DNA of 64,000 nucleotides from NCBI GenBank assembly GCA_046350735.1, contig JAXLZU010000001.1:76530-140529 (forward strand). Reading direction: 5' to 3'. A program made the translations under genes and the position numbers. The notes beneath the pieces were generated by a model, which worked only from the letters and a program-made list of their open reading frames with translations, made no database searches and was not told the DNA's origin. This document shows positions 56,043 through 64,000 of the stretch, piece after piece. Source of the DNA: Candidatus Saccharimonadota bacterium (GTDB lineage: Bacteria; Patescibacteriota; Saccharimonadia; CAILAD01; BJGX01). Each line of letters begins with the position of its first letter. Within the stretch, counting starts at the first letter, position 1.

Positions 56043-57818
56043 ATGAAGCACATACGTAACTTTTTGTATTGTGCTCATATTGATCACGGCAAATCTACCC
56101 TGGCCGATAGAATGCTCGAAATTACTGGTACAGTTGAGAAGCGAGAAATGAAGCAGCAGTTATTAGACAGTATGGATCTCGAGCGAGAAAAAGGCATTAC
56201 AATTAAGTTACAGCCAGTACAGATGAAATGGCAAAACCATACTCTCAATCTAATAGACACTCCAGGACATGTAGACTTTAGCTATGAGGTTAGTCGTAGC
56301 CTGGCAGCTGTCGAGGGCGCAATCTTGGTGGTAGATGCTGCACAAGGTATTCAGGCCCAAACACTGGCGAATGTATATCTCGCACTTGAGGCAAACCTGA
56401 CTATTATTCCGGTACTCAACAAAATCGATCTACCCGCCGCAGACCCTGAGCGTGTAGCTAGGGAAGTTGCTAACCTCATTGGTTGTGAGCCAGACGAAAT
56501 ACTGCGTATCTCGGCTAAAGATGGGACAGGAGTAGAACAGTTGCTCGATAAGCTAGTCGAAGAGATACCGGCGCCAAAAGGAGACGAAAATACATCACTA
56601 AGGGCTCTGGTATTCGATTCGGTCTATGATGAATATCGTGGAGTTATTCTCTATATACGTGTAGTCGATGGCAGTATAAAAAAGGGCGATGCTCTCAAAA
56701 TGATGTTTTCTGGTCAAAATACTTTGGCAGTAGATGTGGGGCACTTTGCGCCTACAATGATTGCCGATAGCGAAATTCCCTGTGGGCAAATTGGATACAT
56801 CTGTACTAACTTAAAATCTATTACTGAGGCAAGAGTAGGTGATACTGTAACAACAGAAAAAAATCCATCCGAGCTACCACTGGATGGTTATAAAAAGATT
56901 AAGCCATATGTTTACGCGGGATTTTTTCCGGTAAGTGGTGAAGACTATCCAGCGCTTAAAGATGCTTTAGAAAAACTTACTCTCAATGATGCATCTTTAC
57001 AATATGAGCCTGAGTCATCGAAGGTATTAGGGTTCGGTTTTCGGCTGGGGTTTTTAGGCTTACTTCATCTAGAAATAGTTAAAGAAAGACTCGAGCGCGA
57101 ATTTAACCTCCAGCTCGTTATTACGAGCCCTAGCGTAGATTATCAAGTAAAAACCACCAATAATGAAGTAATAGAGGTAAAAAGTGCGGCTGACTTGCCA
57201 GATGTGAGTCGTATTCTAGAAATTAGCGAGCCATGGATAAATGGTGAGATTATTGTTCCGAGTGCTTATCTAGGGTCAATTATTCAGCTTATTAATTCGG
57301 TGCGTGGTATACAAAAAAACCTAAGTTATATCGAAAAAGAATTAGCGCTAGTAAGTTTTGAGGCACCACTTGCTAATGTATTAACTGATTTTTATGATGA
57401 TCTAAAAAGTATTAGTTCTGGCTATGGGTCATTTAATTATGATCTTAGCGGCTATAAGCCCGAAGATTTGGTAAGAGTAGATATTCTGGTGGGTGGTGAA
57501 ATGGTAGATTCACTTAGTGTCATTACACACAGAAGTGAGTCACTTAGTGTAGGGAGAAAAATTACAGAAAAACTCAAAGAAGTAATACCACGCCAGCTTT
57601 TTGAGGTAAGCTTGCAAGCTGCAATTGGCGGCAAGGTGATAGCTCGTGAAGATGTAAAAGCGATGGGAAAAAATGTAACTGCCAAATTGTATGGAGGAGA
57701 TGTTAGTCGAAAAAATAAGCTGCTCGATAAGCAAAAAAAAGGTAAAAAACGTATGAAAAAAATTGGTAAGGTCGATATACCAGCTGAAGCATTTATGGTA
57801 CTGTTAAAGAAAGATTAA
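56043..57818 (+). CDS. lepA: elongation factor 4 (LepA)
   Basis: FCIIAHIDHGKSTL-type G1 (YCAHIDHGKSTLADR), DTPGHVDF, NKID. Unique LepA C-terminal domain. Confidence 0.95.
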   Translation: MKHIRNFLYCAHIDHGKSTLADRMLEITGTVEKREMKQQLLDSMDLEREKGITIKLQPVQMKWQNHTLNLIDTPGHVDFSYEVSRSLAAVEGAILVVDAAQGIQAQTLANVYLALEANLTIIPVLNKIDLPAADPERVAREVANLIGCEPDEILRISAKDGTGVEQLLDKLVEEIPAPKGDENTSLRALVFDSVYDEYRGVILYIRVVDGSIKKGDALKMMFSGQNTLAVDVGHFAPTMIADSEIPCGQIGYICTNLKSITEARVGDTVTTEKNPSELPLDGYKKIKPYVYAGFFPVSGEDYPALKDALEKLTLNDASLQYEPESSKVLGFGFRLGFLGLLHLEIVKERLEREFNLQLVITSPSVDYQVKTTNNEVIEVKSAADLPDVSRILEISEPWINGEIIVPSAYLGSIIQLINSVRGIQKNLSYIEKELALVSFEAPLANVLTDFYDDLKSISSGYGSFNYDLSGYKPEDLVRVDILVGGEMVDSLSVITHRSESLSVGRKITEKLKEVIPRQLFEVSLQAAIGGKVIAREDVKAMGKNVTAKLYGGDVSRKNKLLDKQKKGKKRMKKIGKVDIPAEAFMVLLKKD

Positions 57819-57828
57819 CGAGACAATA

Positions 57829-58035
57829 ATGGACAAATCAAAACGACCACCCTTGAATCCAAGTGAAGTAAATTATAGTGCAGAAGGTGAACTAGAAAGT
57901 TATCGATACAATCCACACTCAAAAACCCGAACAGTTCTTGTGATACTATTCTTTGTTATTGTAGCAATATTGGTTTTGGTTGTTATAGGAGTTTGGTATT
58001 GGTATACTGGCAAAATTAATACATTACTTCAATAG
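57829..58035 (+). CDS. small single-TM protein (68 aa)
   Basis: Hydrophobic helix VLVILFFVIVAILVLVVIGVWYWY. Confidence 0.4.
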   Translation: MDKSKRPPLNPSEVNYSAEGELESYRYNPHSKTRTVLVILFFVIVAILVLVVIGVWYWYTGKINTLLQ

Positions 58036-58046
58036 ATTGGCCCGGT

Positions 58047-58304
58047 ATGAACGATACAGATATGCGCAAAGCAGAAAATAAACGCTCTATTATCACTGCG
58101 ATAGTATTTGTGGTAGGATTTAGCCTGCTTTTAATCGGTTTTATACTAATGATGAGAGCACTATTTGCACCGAAGACGCAATATAATGGTAAAAGCGCTT
58201 CTGGGCAATTCGAAGCTGATCAGGAGAGTGAGTTTTATCAGACACAAGAGAATGTATCACAACCAGATCCTCCAGCTACCACCCAAACAGAAGATAACCA
58301 ATAA
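58047..58304 (+). CDS. small single-TM protein (85 aa)
   Basis: TM helix plus acidic C-terminal tail. Confidence 0.4.
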   Translation: MNDTDMRKAENKRSIITAIVFVVGFSLLLIGFILMMRALFAPKTQYNGKSASGQFEADQESEFYQTQENVSQPDPPATTQTEDNQ

Positions 58305-58316
58305 TAAAAAACTCCA

Positions 58317-58343
58317 ATTAGCACTCTTGACACTAGAGTGCTA
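58317..58343 (+). promoter_or_regulatory. CIRCE operator (TTAGCACTC-N9-GAGTGCTAA), HrcA binding site
   Basis: Perfect 9-bp inverted repeat with 9-nt spacer TTGACACTA. Contains a -35 TTGACA. TACAAT -10 candidate at 58350-58355. Confidence 0.85.
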
Positions 58344-58407
58344 ATTTATATACAATGGTATGTATCAGCACTCTAAAGTGTTGATTGCCAAATAAACGTT
58401 TATTTTT

Positions 58408-59117
58408 ATGACAAAACGACAAGAAGAAATATTGGCCGATATTATTCGGCTCTATGCTGATAGTGCCGAGCCAGTAAGCTCGCGTGAGCTAGCCAGAATA
58501 TTTGGGCTGAGCTCAGCCACTATTCGTGCCGAGATGGCAGCATTAGAAACTAACGGCTATATCTTTCAGCCGCATGTTTCCGCTGGTAGAGTACCAACCG
58601 ACAAAGGCTATCGTTTTTTTGTTAACAATCTGGCAAATAACCCAGGTGAGAGTACTGATGTGATTCCTACTAGAAGTGTGCAAACAATAGCAAAGAGAGT
58701 CGACAGCCTCAAAGACAGAAGCGATAGTGCCATAAAAATCGCTGCCGAAACACTTAGTGATCTGACTGGCAATATGACTTTTGCTACGTTAAGTGATGCC
58801 GTCTATCTGCATGGTATGGGACAATTATTCTCACAGCCAGAATTTCTTGATCAGATACAAGCTTTGCAGGCTGCTCGGTTTATCGATGCTATGCAGACTT
58901 GGTTGAGTGAGGCAAAGATAGATAGCCTGCAGGTGTTTATAGGTTCGGAAAATCCTATCTCGCGGTCGAGTGGGTTAACTATGGTGGTGAATAGGTTTTC
59001 TAGCCCATATTCCGACCAAAGCTACATTGGTATTATTGGCCCAACCCGTCAGAGCTACGACAAGGTAATTAATCTAGTTGAGTCAACTACCGAGGCATTA
59101 GAGGAGGCCTTTAAAGC

Positions 59118-59121
<4 letters not shown>
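58408..59121 (+). CDS. hrcA: heat-inducible transcription repressor HrcA (short form)
   Basis: N-terminal wHTH RQEEILADIIRLYADSAEPVSSRELA. CIRCE immediately upstream. Confidence 0.82.
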
Positions 59122-61603
<2,482 letters not shown>

Positions 61604-61685
61604 TATTTTTATCGGGGCAAAGCGATAGACGATAATCACTATTGCTTTGCTCGAACAATACTTATAAGCGTGAGATAATACCTAT

Positions 61686-62294
61686 ATGACTACTACTAGC
61701 CCAGCCAGTATATTTATCGATGGTGAAAACCTGCTTTATGGTCTTCTCTCGGTTTTAATACCTGAAAAACTAGTACCTGAAAGGGCTGATTTAGTTAAGT
61801 TTGATCTTATCTCACTCTTTTTAGAGGCAGTTAAAGACAATACCAAACCGATTAATATTTACTACTATGGTACCAAGCCGCACGTTGTAAAAGACATGGG
61901 CGAGGAAGCTCTGGAGGCATCTACAAAAATGGTAGAACACAAGCAGGCATGGGGAGAATGGTTAGAGAAACAAAAAATTCTCTATATTACTGCTGGTAAT
62001 TTGCGTGCTAGACAAAAAAAAGAAGGGGTTATATTTCAAGAAAAAGGTGTAGACGTACGTATTGCTGTAGATATGGTAAAGCTAGCATATGAGGCTGACA
62101 AAATGCACTTTGTTGTAGCCAGTAGCGACAGTGATATTATTCCGGCACTGAGAGTTATTAAAGAAAAAGGACACCAGATTACCTATGTGGCAATGGCCGG
62201 TAGCACCAATAAAGCTATTTCGGCTAATGTAGATAAGACAGTAACCTTTAATCGCCAGGATATTATTACTAATTATAAAAGTGTTAACAAATAA
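61686..62294 (+). CDS. NYN-domain (LabA-like) predicted ribonuclease
   Basis: [17 protein letters not shown] and SSDSD acidic motifs of the NYN/PIN-like nuclease fold. Confidence 0.72.
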   Translation: MTTTSPASIFIDGENLLYGLLSVLIPEKLVPERADLVKFDLISLFLEAVKDNTKPINIYYYGTKPHVVKDMGEEALEASTKMVEHKQAWGEWLEKQKILYITAGNLRARQKKEGVIFQEKGVDVRIAVDMVKLAYEADKMHFVVASSDSDIIPALRVIKEKGHQITYVAMAGSTNKAISANVDKTVTFNRQDIITNYKSVNK

Positions 62295-63211
62295 TGGCAG
62301 ACAAACGTGACTATTACGAAGTATTAGGGGTTGGTAGAGATGCATCTGCCGATGAGATAAAGAAAGCTTTCCGCAAAAAGGCTATAGAATTACACCCTGA
62401 CAAAGATACTGGAGATGAAGAAAAGTTTAAAGAGGTTAACGAAGCCTACGAGGTCTTAAGTAATGAGCAAAAGAAAGCAGCGTATGATCAATTTGGGCAT
62501 GCTGCAGGTGCCGAACAAGCGGGCGGAGGCAACCCATATGGTGCTGGCGGCAACCCGTTTGCTGGTGGTTTTGGTAGAGCTGAAGGCTTTGATGGCATGG
62601 AATTCAATTTTGGGGGAGGTAACTTAAATGATATTTTCGACATGTTCTTTACTGGTGGACGTAACAGAACTCGCGATGTCGAAATAAGTATTACTATAGA
62701 ATTCGAAGAAGCGGTGAAAGGAACCACTAAGACTATTAGTTTGCGTGTAGCCGACAGTAAGAATGGTGGTCGAAAAAACGAAGAGGTAAAGATAAAAATT
62801 CCGGCTGGCATTGATGATGGCCAGAGCATAAAGATGAGCGGTAAAGGTGAAATTAATCAGAATGGCGACCGGGGAGACCTATATGTTCATATTAGAGTGC
62901 GTCCCAGTAACGAGTTTCGTCGCGAAGGTGCAAATATTATTACCGAGCTAAATGTCGACTTTGTCGATGCGGTACTCGGCAGTGAGGCCGATGTTAAAAC
63001 ATTAGATGGTAAAACAACTATTAAAATTCCTGCTGGTACCCAGCCAGGTAAAATTCTCAAAATGACCGGTAAGGGTATGCCACTACTCGGTACCAATAGG
63101 CATGGCGACCATCTAATTATTGTAAATATTGCTATTCCTAAAAAAATTAGTAGTAAACAGCGACAAGCTCTAGAAGACTATCGTAAAGCTAGCAGTAGAA
63201 AATTCTGGTGA
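62294..63211 (+). CDS. dnaJ: DnaJ-class J-domain co-chaperone lacking the Cys-rich zinc-finger (type II-like)
   Basis: J domain with HPD. G/F-rich linker. Two C-terminal beta-sandwich substrate domains. No CxxCxGxG repeats. Confidence 0.82.
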   Translation: MADKRDYYEVLGVGRDASADEIKKAFRKKAIELHPDKDTGDEEKFKEVNEAYEVLSNEQKKAAYDQFGHAAGAEQAGGGNPYGAGGNPFAGGFGRAEGFDGMEFNFGGGNLNDIFDMFFTGGRNRTRDVEISITIEFEEAVKGTTKTISLRVADSKNGGRKNEEVKIKIPAGIDDGQSIKMSGKGEINQNGDRGDLYVHIRVRPSNEFRREGANIITELNVDFVDAVLGSEADVKTLDGKTTIKIPAGTQPGKILKMTGKGMPLLGTNRHGDHLIIVNIAIPKKISSKQRQALEDYRKASSRKFW

Positions 63212-63281
63212 ACAGCTTGTATCTTTATAGCTAAGAGAATTACTTGCTGCTTACCCAAGCAGAAGCTATACTTAGCATAAG

Positions 63282-63779
63282 ATGTTTCATATACCAAACT
63301 TTACGTTCAATCTCTTACTGTTTGGCCTGTCTGGTTTACTAGCGGCGTTAGGATTTATGTTTGGTGAAAACCGTATTAAGGTGGTGAGTTATGCAGCTTT
63401 TATTGCATTATTTATACTGCAAATTATTCCTGGTAGCTTTTTTGATAGCTTGGGTAAAAGTATTCATATAGATCTCGCTTCTCCTAAAGTGGCCTTTGTA
63501 GCAATTGTTTGTGCAGTCTTCTTTTTGGGTGCCCTAATTAATCAGAAAAAGGCAAAGTATAAGATGCGGGCTATCCCACTTGGAGTATTAACTGCTGTTT
63601 TTATTGTGGCGTTTTCTATAGGCTTGTTTCCGAGCAACCAAGCTAACGATCTTCTAACGAATTATAATCTAGCAGCAATGGTCAGCAATGTTCGCGTTCC
63701 CCTTATGTTGGCATTGGCTATCTGGCTGGCAGTTATACAGTTCCTACCAGACAAATCTGATAAAGATGACAAAAAATGA
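63282..63779 (+). CDS. integral membrane protein (hypothetical)
   Basis: 165 aa with 4 TM helices. Confidence 0.5.
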   Translation: MFHIPNFTFNLLLFGLSGLLAALGFMFGENRIKVVSYAAFIALFILQIIPGSFFDSLGKSIHIDLASPKVAFVAIVCAVFFLGALINQKKAKYKMRAIPLGVLTAVFIVAFSIGLFPSNQANDLLTNYNLAAMVSNVRVPLMLALAIWLAVIQFLPDKSDKDDKK

Positions 63780-64000
63780 CACAACTGTCAGAGAAATATC
63801 AACGGTCTCTTAGGATACTTCAACAGTCTCCAGAGTTTCATTTGAGCCAAAACGAAAAAAGAGAAGTTAAGCAATTTGAAGCTTTTCTATGTCGGCCAGA
63901 AATTCCTGGAGATCTTATTTTTTTATCTACTAGAGTGAAGGCACCCCAAAAAAATATTGCCTGGATTGCCAGACAAAAGGCAGGCTTAGAAACTATATGT
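63776..64000 (+). CDS. hypothetical protein, 3' end truncated by window edge
   Basis: ATG overlaps upstream stop (ATGA). ORF open to the window end. Confidence 0.45.
   Translation, partial: MTQLSEKYQRSLRILQQSPEFHLSQNEKREVKQFEAFLCRPEIPGDLIFLSTRVKAPQKNIAWIARQKAGLETIC

Overview
This 64 kb window reads like part of a small, AT-rich, Gram-positive-type genome, possibly a CPR/Saccharibacteria-like episymbiont; that placement is an inference from gene content and composition, not a database hit. Genes are densely packed and mostly on the + strand.

- **Glycan locus (1..16.4 kb):** an ABC-transporter-dependent glycan biosynthesis locus with several GT2 genes and one GT4 gene, a Wzm/Wzt-type exporter and a SAM methyltransferase. 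It also holds a WbsX-like protein and a 927-aa fusion of an O-antigen-ligase-like domain with a DUF2079-like domain. A GC-rich secreted cell-wall hydrolase and a membrane-anchored glycoside hydrolase sit in the same stretch.
- **HNH nuclease plus intron-containing tRNA (17.7..18.3 kb):** an HNH nuclease gene ends inside the 5' end of a tRNA-Asn(GUU) that is split by a 237-nt group I intron.
- **Accessory stretch (18.4..25.8 kb):** small genes (HAD phosphatase, two nucleoside-deoxyribosyltransferase-like proteins with one frameshifted, membrane proteins, a metallophosphoesterase, a CPBP protease, VOC, YdeI, DUF1801, a Zn-ribbon protein, PNPOx). They are punctuated by a family of about 39-nt palindromic repeats.
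- **Transport and signalling (25.8..35.8 kb):** ABC-2 transporters, a secreted lipase, an AttH/CrtC-like protein, an OmpR/HisKA two-component system, and ExoD-like and DUF5684-like membrane proteins.
- **Metabolism and SOS (36.0..47.2 kb):** malic enzyme, a lexA/MazG-like operon, a pyrF-pyrE pair, a second ABC-2 transporter and a membrane metallophosphoesterase.
- **Housekeeping (47.4..64.0 kb):** three CAU-anticodon tRNAs (one initiator, one Met-like, one Ile2-like) near tilS, then ftsB/DivIC-like, ftsH, a membrane-anchored tail-fibre-like protein, murJ, lepA, and a CIRCE-controlled hrcA-grpE-dnaK-(NYN)-dnaJ operon.
- **Not found:** no rRNA, CRISPR array, integrase or transposase was recognised.

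The most unusual items are the tRNA-Asn group I intron with its external HNH gene, the attC/REP-like repeat family, tRNA 3'-end duplications beside two tRNAs, and the capping-methyltransferase/Wzt/ligase-fusion glycan system.
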